DNA of 64,000 bases from the human T2T-CHM13v2.0 reference genome, Homo sapiens. Position 1 is the stretch's first letter. Every line of letters begins with the position of its first letter. Both the position numbers and the translations under genes were made by a program. Positions 1 through 11,700 of the stretch are shown here, piece by piece. The DNA lies in NCBI RefSeq assembly GCF_009914755.1, contig NC_060941.1. One strand, 5' to 3'. The notes beneath the pieces are model-generated. The model searched no databases. It saw only the letters and a list, made by a program, of their open reading frames with translations, and was not told where the DNA came from.

Positions 1-21
1 TTGAATAACACAACACATTAG

Positions 22-152
22 TCCATTTATGCCAGAGGTTGCAATTTTTTGAATTTTTGCATAAGTGAAAAATCAGACCTTGTCGATGACATTTAACAGG
101 AGGATATAAATAATTTCCACATGCTTAGCATGGAACACTAGGCATAAGTGGG
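22..152 (-). mobile_element. MER85 (piggyBac/PGBD3-derived MITE)
   Basis: Terminal inverted repeats (T)CCATTTATGCC ... GGCATAAGTGGG. The minus strand reads CCCACTTATGCCTAGTGTTCCA..GCTAAGCATGTGG..TTATTTATATCCT..AAGGTCTGAT..GCAAAAATTCAAAAAATTGCAACCTCTGGCATAAATGG, matching the recalled MER85 consensus. Flanks TTAG/CTAA resemble a decayed TTAA target site. Confidence 0.9.
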
Positions 153-965
153 CTAACACAATTATGAAAGCATAGCTATTCAAGTAACTAATTATACAAC
201 TGATTTTTTTTCCTCATCTCTAAAACATAGTAAGGGATCAGTTATTTAAAAAACACAACAGTGACAAGTATTTTATTTTTAACTCAGTTTTGGTTTGTTA
301 AGGCTATTGCTTGGCATAAAAATACAAAAACAGGAGGAGAAACAAGAATACAAACATGAAATAGAACCAGTAGCAAAAGAAAATGAAGAGGAACAAGAAA
401 ATGCAAAGAAAATACACAATGGAAGAAAGGAAAAAGAACAGGTGTGGGAATTAGAAGGCCTATCATATGACACTTTTTATCCCCTCCTCGATTCATAAAA
501 TTTCAGTAACTCCAAGAGTATCACAACAAAAAACAAGCAAAAGGATACACAAATAGTCACCCTCTAAATTTTGTTAAGAATGAGATAATGCTGCCACTCA
601 CGCCTAACTCTGGCACCAGCAGGAGGAGGGCACACTCCAGAGATTGCAGAAGGGGGAGGACTCCTCTTTGCCCTAGGTGTACCACCACCACTGCCACCGA
701 GGCCTTCGTTACAGCACCCACAGGTTCCTCCCCTCCCCAGAACGGGATGGGCCCTGCAGTGCTCCTACTCCCCCTTCCCGGCCCCCAGACTTCCTACTGC
801 TACCACCACTAGTGCCGATGCCAATACAAGCAGTCATCCTCAACGTACCAGCCCACCCTACCAGGATCCTACCACCAGGTCCCCGTGGGTGCCCTCCTAC
901 CGCTCCAGTCGAGCTGTGGTCTCCATCTCCAACACCAACTGCATGAGGCAAGCTGCAGAGCCACG

Positions 966-1064
966 TCATCTGCTCGACCTTACCACAGGCAGCGACTCCT
1001 TCTCCTCCTTCAGCCTGGCTTGGAGCAGCTGGGCAGGCAAAGCAAGAAAAACCCAAAACAGGAC
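966..1064 (-). pseudogene. BAGE-like peptide reading frame lacking an ATG ([32 protein letters not shown])
   Basis: Manual translation of the minus strand aligns with the recalled BAGE protein [33 protein letters not shown]... There is an in-frame TGA at 1067-1065, and the nearest ATG (1081-1079) is out of frame. Confidence 0.75.
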
Positions 1065-1619
1065 TCAGGGATTGGAACCATTAGAGCCTCACCTCGTTAT
1101 GCTGGTGACTGGGTGTCAGGGATCAGTTTCATTGAAGACACTCACACCCACCTTCCAAAGTCCAACCTCTCCTTCTGGCAAAAGCTGGCCAGGAACTGGG
1201 GCCTGGGGTGGGAGTGAGTGCCTTTACTGAAACCGGCCCCTGGCCAAGTCCAGCTGGCCAGGAATTGCTGGGCCCACCAAGGCTGCCCTCCTCCAGGAGC
1301 CTGAGTAGGAGAAACTCAGACCCAGCCAGCCCTCCCCACCCAAGGGCTGATTCCCATTCCTGACACCTCCACCCACAGTGCCCTGTCTCCCACTTCCCCC
1401 ATGGTGCATACTACTCCCTGCCCGGTTGTCAGGTGGTCTTTGCAACACAAAGAAACCACAGTGGGTGTGGAGGCCCTACCGTGCAATCCAGCTCGAGTGG
1501 AGAAAATCGCCTTCTAGAGTCTGGAGTCCGAGAAGAGGAAAACGATCCCTTACTTGGAAGCTACGAGAAGAAGGAGGCCACTGTTGTTGCTGCCCCTGCC
1601 ACCTCCTCAGCTTGCCAAT

Positions 1620-2200
1620 GCCGCTGGCAGTGTAGCCCCCATGGCACCCCTAATCTGCCCCCTGCCACTAGCAGTGTAGCCCCCGGATAGCACATCCAAC
1701 ACACCCTACAGTTTCAGGCAATGTAACCCCAATACCCCCCTGCAAAAGCCCCCCCACACACACCTCAGGGAGCATACCACCCAATAGTGCCCACAATCTG
1801 ACCCAGCCACGGGCAGTTCAGCTCCTAATGGTGCACCCCCCAGTCACAGACAGTGCAGCACCCAACAACGCCCCTAAACCACCCCCCACTGCCAGCACTG
1901 TAGCCCCGGATAACTCCACCCAACCCACTCCCTGCCGCGGGCAGTGCAGCAGAAGATAGCGCCCCTAATCCTTCCCCAGCCACCAGCAATACAAGCTAGT
2001 GTACACAATCTGCCTCCCCCCACCACCCCTGCCACCACGGGCAGTATAGCCCCAGATAGCCAGGCAACCTGCCCCACCACCAGCAGTGCAACCCCAGAGA
2101 GTGCCCCAAACCAGACCACTGCCACAGGCAGGGTAGCCTCTAGCGGTGAACCCCAATAGGACACCCAACCCTTGCCCCCCGAGGCACACAGGGCAGGCCC
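1620..2200. repeat. Degenerate C-rich minisatellite, ~40-50 bp unit (GCAGTGTAGCCCC..GATAGC..CCC)
   Basis: Recurrent motif at ~1626, 1671, 1717, 1771, 1811, 1849, 1894, 1940, 2040, 2083 and 2127. Confidence 0.75.
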
Positions 2201-2547
2201 AGAAATCTCACCTACCCCATCACATTTCTACCACTGTGGTTGAGCTGCAGTCTCCGACGTCACCACCAACCACAGCGAGGCGAGCCATGGTGGCACAGGT
2301 TCCAGCCTCCAGCATGTGGCAGTGCCTCTTCCTTCTAGTCCTCCTGCTGCTGCTGACCGCTCTCCTACTGCTCTATCGCTACCACCAACCTCAGCGAGGT
2401 AGTGACCTAGGCTCCAAGCTCCATCCATCCTCCACCCTCCAGCAGGCGGAAGGTTGCGGCCTCTTCCAGTCCTCTAAGCTGGACACAGAGTTGCTCCTCC
2501 GCTCGACACAGAAGAGCCTGAAACGACCTGACACCACCTCAGCATGC

Positions 2548-2760
2548 TTTATATATGAGGTTATGCAAACGCAGTTCCTGGACTACATGTTCTGATTGGA
2601 TGAGAAAAAAAACCTCTAGGCCTACTCTGATTGGACTTTATTTTCATGCTGTGATTGGTTGTGTTAAGACTTGCTCTCATCCAATCAGAACATGATCATT
2701 CCCATTCCTGACACCTCCACCCACAGTGCCCTGTCTCCCACTTCCCCCGCAGTATATAAA
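2548..2760. promoter_or_regulatory. Bidirectional TATA/CCAAT core promoter with an octamer-like site
   Basis: TATATAAA on the minus strand (2555-2548) and the plus strand (2753-2760). ATTGG at 2595, 2630 and 2654, CCAAT at 2681, ATGCAAAC at 2563-2570. Perfect 20-bp inverted repeat at 2586-2605 / 2675-2694. Confidence 0.7.
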
Positions 2761-2779
2761 TGATGCTGAAGCAGCAACA

Positions 2780-2950
2780 CGTTTTTTCAAGTTCCTGTAT
2801 CTTCATGTCGAGTTGCTCGCTGCCCAACGTAGAGGACTAGGAATCAGGAGTCGGTGGCCGTATGCTGGAGGCTGGAGCCGCGGGAGTGCAGCTCGCCTCG
2901 CTGCGGTTGTTGGCAGTGAGGGAGAGAGAGCAGCGCGGCTGGAGCGGGTA
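2780..2950 (+). ncRNA. Putative rightward BAGE exon-1-like first exon
   Basis: Downstream of the plus-strand TATA. Contains TAGAGGACT..TGCTGGAGGCTGGAGCC..GCTCGCCTCGCTGCGGTT..GGAGCGG|GTAGGC, homologous to the left arm and to the recalled BAGE 5' UTR. CpG-rich. Confidence 0.45.
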
Positions 2951-4175
2951 GGCGAAGGAAAGCAGTTTTGGGATAGATAGAGGGGAGTAAAGAGGGTAGT
3001 TAGGGCCAAAGGGAAAAAAGGATAGCTTAGCTGGAGAAGGCATTGCAAAAAGATGGCAGCGAAAAGATGGTGGGGAAAAAAGTTTTTGCGTAGATGGAGG
3101 TGTAAAAAACAGGGTGGGGAGCGGGAGGGAAGGAAGGTTTTGCAGAAAGACGGTAGGTAAAAAGTTTAAGGGTAGATGGAGGGGGAAAAGAGGGTGGCAG
3201 GTGGGCGGAGGAAAGAGAGGGAGGTGATGGGGGAAAACGGGGCGAGCAGTAGGCAGAGAAGGTTTTGTGAAAAGATAGTGGGGAGAACATACAGTGAGGG
3301 GGGAAAGTTTTTGGGTTGAGCAAAAGAGGGTAGCAAGTGGGAGAAGGAAAAAGAGGGTAGCCAGCAGGAGGAAGACAAGGTTTTGTGAAAAGACAGTGGC
3401 AGAAAAGAAAGACGGTGAAGAAAGAAAAGACGGGGGGTGAAAAGTGTTTTGATAGATGGAGGGGGGAAGAGGATAATGAGGAGGAAAGAGGGTGGCGACA
3501 GGTAGCAGGGATGGGGGTTGGGAAAACAACGGAAAAATAGTTTGGGGCAGAGGGAGGGGAAAAAGGGTGGCAAGCAGGATAGGGGAAAAAAGAGCACTAG
3601 TGGTAAAGGGGGGAGACTTTGAAAAGATGGTGGGGAAAGTTTTGGGGTGTAGATGGAGGGGGAAAGAGGGAGGTGAATAGCCGTGGGGAGAAGGCTTTGT
3701 GAAAAGACGGAGGGAAATGTTTTTGGGTAGATGGAGAAGCGAAAGAGAATGGCAAGGAGGAACGGGGAAAGACGATGAAGAAAACAGTTTTTGGTTGGAT
3801 GAAGCAGGGAAAGAGGGTAGTGAGCAGCAGGAGTGGAGAGAAGGTTTTGGGAAAAGACGGGGGAAAATGTTTTTGCTTAGATAAAGGAGCAAAAGAGGGT
3901 GATGAGAGCGGGACGGGGAAAAAGAGGGTGGCCAGGGGTAAGGGGAAAAGACGGTGGGAAGAAACTGGGGAAAGGGTTTGGGTAGATGGATGGGGAAAAG
4001 GGTGTTGAGCAGGAGAGTAGAGGCGGCTTTGTGAAATGAGGGTGGGCAAAAAATGATGAAGAAGTTTGGGGGCAGATGGTGAAAGAAAAAGGGTGGTGAG
4101 AGGGAGGGGGCCAAAGGCCGTTTGGAAAAGAAGGTAGGGAAATAATGGTGGGGGACAAAGGTTTGGGGTAGTTTT
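2950..4175 (+). repeat. Purine (G/A)-rich degenerate tandem repeat, ~80-100 bp period
   Basis: Recurring AAAAGA(C/T)GGTGGGG..AAAG/TTTTTGGGTAGATGGAGGGGGAAAAGAGGGTGGC units with strong C depletion on the + strand. Confidence 0.8.
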
Positions 4176-4187
4176 TGTGATAAGATC

Positions 4188-4956
<769 letters not shown>

Positions 4957-5159
4957 TGGAAACCTAACTTTATTTTTTAGTGTAGTATTTGTATATATAC
5001 TTTAATAGCCCTGAGTTTTAATAAAGTTGCTTTTAAAAATGTATCTTATATTTCAGAAATATACCCTAAGTCATGTGATTAGTTGGGTGGCATGTTGTTT
5101 AGTTTTTACAATTGAAGGATTGTCATTCCTTTGTACAAAAAAAAAAAAGTGAATTTTTA

Positions 5160-5430
5160 TCATATACTAGAGGAAAGAAGGCAGATACTAAATAATAAAT
5201 ATTGTATGCTTCCACGTAAATAAAATTTGAAATTATATAAAGACAGAATGCATTGAACTTTTCTGGGGTTGAAGTGGGGAATTCATTGGCAAAGGTCGTG
5301 CAATAAATGTGTAGGTGAAGGGAATATTCTATATTTGATTGTGTAGGTGATTAGCTTTATAAATTTGTAAAACTGAACTGGACTAAAATGTGTGCCTTAT
5401 ACGCAGATTATTCTATAAAATTGATTAAAA
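5160..5430 (+). mobile_element. Ancient L1M 3' UTR fragment
   Basis: Resembles L1ME/MC 3' ends (TATTGTATGCTTCCA..GGAATATTCTATATTTGATTGTG..TTTGTAAAACT). Confidence 0.55.
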
Positions 5431-6262
5431 CTAGTTAGAAGAGAATCAGTCAAGGGGAAAAGAAAGAAAAGGCACGTGAAAAAATAATGCCAATGCACTA
5501 GAATTGTCTTTGATGACATTAAATATAGCCTGGTCTTCTGTTAATTCTTTTTAAAATTTACGTAGATTTCTCAATCCTTTGATACTTTTTCCTCAGCACA
5601 TCTTATATTCTCATATATGTTAATGTATGGCTACATAAGAGAGGGCTCTCTTACAGTTGGACTTGGAACAGCTTGATATTTATATCTAGAGATGCATCGG
5701 AAGCATAACACTGACCCGTGAGCAAGATGAAAATGGCATGTGCTAGTTAGTGATTCATAATGTGTTGCTTTAAGTTTAGTGCCAACTGGTCTACATCGTT
5801 GAGAATGTTTAGTTTGATAGTTTACACAACTTGGCTTAGGAAGTATATAACCAACAATGTATGAGGGAGCCTGCTGTAAAGACTTTTCTGCACTTCCCTT
5901 TAATTATTATAGTAAGCTCAAATCTTGAAGGTTCATAATATACAGACAAAATGTGTCCGTGAGACTGAGAAAGGATCTTTAGGGAGAAAGGCTCTGTTCC
6001 TGAAAGACAGACTTTCAATGATTTCCTGCATTTTATTTCTGTTGTACTTTACATTTACCTTTATTAAACACTAATAAGGTGGTTCTTATAGGGCCTCATA
6101 GGCCTTTTTAGTTTTCCAACCTATTCATACTTGGTGCAAACCTAGTAATTTTTTGCGTGATAGTATTGGGATTTTACTCGGAGGCTAGGCTTCACACTGT
6201 AAAAACAGCTTTTTGGAATTGTATCATTTTCAGTCTTTGCATCGTGTTCCACTGTCCCAGCC

Positions 6263-6280
6263 ACACACACACACACACAC
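6263..6280. repeat. (CA)n microsatellite
   Basis: Direct observation. Confidence 0.9.
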
Positions 6281-8555
6281 CAGATATGAAGACTACAAGC
6301 AACCTCAAAAGGTGTAACACATCTATAGTAGATGTTTTTACCTCTTGTAAAATCTAAGGAAAATATACTAAAAGTGAAGGCATCAGTAAAACAGTATCAT
6401 TTTAGGTTGACCTCGAGTATTTCAACATCAGTCTAGCTTCAGAACAATACATTTGCAAGGGGAAATGGGGTACTTTTGTGGTTTTTTACACCTGTTATTT
6501 CAACTGAAATTGAAAAAAACTATTTTGAACTAACTATAACCATGAAAAGAAGCTTTTATCAGTATTGAAATAAAATAACAAAATGCATTTGTGGGTCTGA
6601 CCTCAAGACGCATTTTAAATAGTCAATACTACCTCTAACTCTCATTCCCCTTTCTCTGAGCATCAGCTTTATTCTTATTCCATCTTACTTAATTTGGCAC
6701 TGACAGATACAGACTCATTCTTACAACATATACCATCAGAAGTGAAACCTTCACACTCTCCAACTCTTGAAAAATCTGAGATGCACTTTGACTATTCTCA
6801 GATCATGGATCTATTACTTGGATCAAAAAGTACTGCACAGGGAAGTAGATACTATGATCTCTGACATTACAGTTTCAAGGCTGGAGTGAGAAAGGGATAG
6901 CTCCCTAATGAGGGAGTATCATAGAAATGATATTTTCATGGTCATACTTTTGTGAACTAGGCAGACATCCCTTCATGTCAACTACATCTCTACTTTGAAC
7001 AGATAAATATCCATGCATATACAAAATTATATAGTAATATAAGCATGACTTTTCATTAAAATTTTAACCAAAACAGTCTAGGTGAATAAATACCAATACA
7101 GGAGATAGTTTTGCTTGAATGATCTTTACCCTTGGGGAGACATACATAAAAGAATGTCATACTTTGTTATGAAATGACTGTCCACCATATTTATGAGTAA
7201 ACTTTCATAATTTCTTTATTGTCTAAAGTAAGCACAAAAACCCTTTTAATTAATATCCCTTTTTAATATATAGAATAAATATAAGAAAATAGCACAAATG
7301 GTATTATGCCAGCACATGGAAACAGTTTCTGTTAAAAGTCAATCCTGTATTTTGAGAACTTGACAAAATCATAATTGAAAATAGTGTATTGTCTTACATG
7401 CAGATGTTGTGTAATCAGGGACATCCAAATCAACTTACATCCAAATATTTCACAATTAGTCTTATTCTGTGAAGTATTATAAAACCACGCTCTCAGGAAT
7501 ATAAAAGCACAAAGGGAGCCAGGACTCCAAATAGCCATTTATTCATTTCCTAAGGTTAGGTACAATGAGGACTGCATTTTCAACATTATCAGGGCCATAC
7601 AGACATTGGAGCTTAAGGATAAGATCCAATTTCATAGCAGTCTGTTAAAGGATAAGCCAGTGTAATGACCCAAGTGTTCACCATAATAATTACCATCTTG
7701 AGTGTTGATGCTATGAATAGAAAGGAACACTGCATCTCTAAAATTAACTATGGTTTATATGACATGAGACCAATTTGATGGAAAGAAGGCGAACTGTGAA
7801 TGGTAATTTTGTTTTTTTAGTTGTTTTCATTGTGTGTACTCATATCTGAAAATACAATACCATATAATTAGAAAAGTTATAACAAAATAAGACTGGAAGC
7901 CTTAACTTTTTATATCAAATGTTCTGCACACAAATATAGCCTTTTACTGATGATCTATGGCTCCAAAATATTGGTAGCTATAATTATGCTTTGTAAAACA
8001 GAAGCTATGAATGCCTTACTGCAGAAAGACACAAAGAATCATTTCCTTACTCACTCACTGCTAGTAGACCCTGATGCACAGCATTTCCTGCCCAGATACC
8101 TGATTATTAATCCAGTTTTTGTTAGGGGTATACTAACATTAACTAACGGAGATTGGTGTTTAAACCAGTTAATGTAAAGAAATGCTGTAGGAACTGAAAT
8201 ATTCCTTTTAAATTAACAAAAGTGTTCTTTCTAGATAAAGTTACATGAGGACCCAAATGTATACCAGAAAATCATTTGATGAATATGGAATTAATAAAAG
8301 AATGTTTTGTTATATGGTTTTAGTACTTTGTTGGTGCCAGGTTAAAGACATGTGGCCCTAGATAGGATAACTCTACAGAAGAGAATTTAATTTGTTTACC
8401 TGCTTCACTAGAAATCCAACAATTAAGGCAGTGACTCTATTTTCCAATATTCATTTCCTCCATTTTCTCATCTCTTTTTGATTGATGGTATCATTTCGTT
8501 ATTTCATTTTCATTGACATGGAATTCATTTTGGCTAAAATGACTTTTTGACTATT

Positions 8556-8586
8556 TGTGTGTGTGTGTATATATATATATATATTT
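8556..8586. repeat. (TG)n(TA)n compound microsatellite
   Basis: Direct observation. Confidence 0.9.
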
Positions 8587-8789
8587 ATGATTTTAAAATC
8601 AATGAACAATATTGTTTCTCTGTTTCCAAGATTATCCCTCTATATTCTCTAAAGTAGATACTGTGAAACAGTCCAGATAATGAGTCTAGGAATGGCAGTA
8701 CGAAATGCTGTAAAACTGGAAGCAACTTAGTAGGTAATCAATAGGGAAAATGAAAATATAATTGACTCTAGTTAATGTAATGATGCATT

Positions 8790-11700
8790 TATTTTACATT
8801 TTTCTTGCCTTCCTGAGATAAGTCCTGCCTGGTTATAGTATATTATATGTTTTATGTATTGCTGAATTTTGATCATTAGCATTTTGCTGAGGATTTTTTC
8901 CATCTATTTTTGTTAAAGATATTGTTCTGTGTTTTTTTTTTGTTTTTTTTTTTTGATGCTATTGTCTGGTTTTGTTACTAGGGTAATACTAGCTTCACAG
9001 AATAAACTGGGAAGTGTATTCTCTTTCTTTTTTTTCAAGAGTTTGTAAATAATTGTATTAATTCAACTTTGAAAGTTTGGTAGAGGCATTCTTGGCTAGA
9101 ATTTGTTGCTGTTGTCATTGTTTCCTGAGCTGGTGGTTTTGATTACTAACTTTATCTCTTTACTTGATAAGATTTTATATTTCTCCTTGACTCATTTTTG
9201 CTAATTTGAACCTTTCCTTAAAATTTGTCCGGTTCTTAAAAAATATCTAAATTTTAGATATAATTGTTCATAGGTACTTTTATAATAATTTTTTATTTAA
9301 GTTTAGTGTCCTTTTAAAATTTTCATTAATACTTGAATAGTTTCTCTTTCTTGTTGGTCGGTCTGTCTAAATTGTGGCCACTGTTGATGTGTTCAAAGAA
9401 ACAATTTTTGGCTTTGTTGAGGTTCTCAATTGTTTTTCTATTTTGTATTTCACTAATTTGTATATCCCTAATACTTTCTTGTGGTTGCTGTAGTTTTAAT
9501 TTGCTCTTCTTTTTTCAGTGCCTTATGGTGGCAGGTTAGAGAATGTTATTTTTGAGTATGAGAACTACTTTTATTGCATCACATAAGAGATATTATGCAT
9601 TCTTAAAGTATTTTATCTTTTTTTAAAGTATTTTCTAATTTATCTTATTCTTTTTGGACCCATTGGTTATTTAATAGCATGTTGTTTAATTTCCACATAA
9701 TTCTGAGTTTCCCAAATTTTCCTATTGCTGATTTATTATTTTACTCAATTATTGTCTGAAAATATACTTTGTATTATTCCAATGTTTAAATTCATTGAGG
9801 TCTATTTTATGGCCTGGGATATGGTATTCCTGGATAATGTTGCGTGTGCACTTGAGAATCTACTGTTGTTACAGTGTTCTTTAAATGTCTAATCACTCTA
9901 GTTATTTTATAGTATTGTTCAAGTGTTCTATTTCTTTGTTGATCTTTTGCCTAGTCATTTTATCCATTTGTGAAAGTATTAAAGGCTGCAAGAAGTATGT
10001 TAAATTGTCTAAAGTTCATTTTTGGAGGTTTCTATGTCAATGGATTTTGAAGTCTTTTCATCACACATATGTATGCTTGTAATTATTTATTTTTGAGATA
10101 TTGGCCCTTTTATTTTTATGAAATATCTCTCTTTACCTCTGTAACCCCTTTTGTTTTAAAGTGTATTTTTTTCTGATATTAATGTAACAATTCCAGCTTT
10201 CTTGTGGTTACTGCCTGCATCGTATAACTTTTCTATCGTTTTTTTTCTATGAATTTTCATCTTTGGATCTGAAGTGTGTCTTCTGCAGACAACATGTAGA
10301 TGGATCTTGTTTATTTAATTTGTTTTACCTCCAGTCTGACAATCTTTTATTTGAATATTTAAATTCATTTTCACTTGAGGTTACTAGTATAGATTTACAT
10401 CCATCATTTTACTTCAGTTTTCTGTATACCTTATGTCTTTTCATTCCTCTATTCCTCCTTTACTGCTTTCTTTTGAATTAGGTATTTTTTATAAAACATT
10501 TAATTTAAATTTAATAATATTTTATCTATATTTTTTCAATGTTTCCCTTAATTGTTACTTTAGGGTTTACTGTAGACATCTTATCACAATCAATTTTAGG
10601 TGCATAACAATTCTAGTGGCATATATGTATATATAAATTTTACTTTTGTTCACTTTTGTGTACTTTGGCTCTCCTTTTTGTGCTATTATGGTTGTACACA
10701 TTACATCTATATATGCTATGTACCCAATAATTTATTGTTATAACTGTTACTTGATATGGTTTGTTTCGTCCTCTCCAAAGTTCATGTTGAAACTTAATTT
10801 CAATGTGACAGCATTAAGAGCTGGAACCTTGAGGATATGATTAGGGTATTAGGGCTCTGTCCTCATGGATGATATGAGTGTGTTACAGAAGGGCTGGAGG
10901 GAATTAGGACATTAGGACCCTTTGCCTTTTCATCCTTTTCACTGTATGAATATACAGCATTCACCCCCTCTGGAGGATGGAGTATTCAAGGCACCTCAGC
11001 AGACACCAAACCTGCCAGCAAATTGATCTTTAAATTCCAGCCTGCAGAACTATGAGAAATAAATTTCTTTACAAATTTCTCAGTCTCTGGTATATATATA
11101 TGTATCAGCATGAACAGACTAACACACTTGACATAATTTTATGTCTTAAAAAGATAAAAAGAAACGTACTATGTATTTACGGCTTTTGTTATATTAGCAG
11201 TCTTATTTATTATTTCAGGTCTTTTCATTTGTTCAGCATTTGAAACTTCTTCCTGACACCAGAAGGGCTCTTCTTAGCTGTCTTTTTCCTGGGTTATTCC
11301 TGGTAAACTAGCTGACCTTTGTTTCAAAGCATATGTCTCTAATAAAGTGCCAGTCTCTCTTATTTGCTTTTTACCATCACTTCATTGTTTTTCGAAGTAC
11401 CCTTATGGTTGAATTTCCCCAAACTCTTCTTTTGGGAAAAGCTTTACACTCTCTGCTGTATGTTCTGCCCCTTCCTTTGGGCAAAACTTCTGAGCTTTGG
11501 CTCTGGTGATTGCAGCAAAGAGAGCAGCATTCTCCTCTCGGAGTGACAGCCCTACTTCGAGACTGGGTCACTGGGATGAGAAGTAGCCTTTGGTAATCTC
11601 AGCTTGCCACTCCTGGAATGAGAACTTTGCCTTACAGACAAACCAGAAAGAAGGCAATCAGGGCTCAGTGTTCTCAGTGTGTTGCACCTAAACAGTCCTC

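Larger units (their letters stand above)
596..2520 (-). ncRNA. Putative leftward transcribed region of a BAGE exon-1-related cancer-testis-type lncRNA/pseudogene
   Basis: Lies downstream of the minus-strand TATA (2548-2555). It has several copies of the BAGE exon-1-like motif (TGCTGGAGGCTGGAGCC..GCTCGCCTCGCTG..GGTTGGTGG) and candidate minus-strand donors GTGAGA (~2211), GTGAGT (~1145) and GTGAGT (601-596). Transcription is inferred, not observed. Confidence 0.45.

Noticed and set aside
279-498. Glu/Lys-rich 67-aa ORF and its antisense ORFs
   Set aside because: A/G-rich low-complexity sequence with no recognisable domain.
1620-2200. Repeat-spacer appearance resembling a CRISPR array
   Set aside because: Primate DNA, degenerate repeats, mutually similar spacers, no cas genes.
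588-2595. Many overlapping 66-149 aa ORFs, including a Leu-rich pseudo-transmembrane ORF at 2146-2595
   Set aside because: Expected in GC-rich repetitive DNA, open on both strands, no family similarity apart from the BAGE-like motifs.
966-2955. Assigning the gene symbol BAGE or a specific LINC name
   Set aside because: The ATG/AARA N-terminus is absent, no KMT2C-derived exons are visible, and the paralogue cannot be identified without a search.
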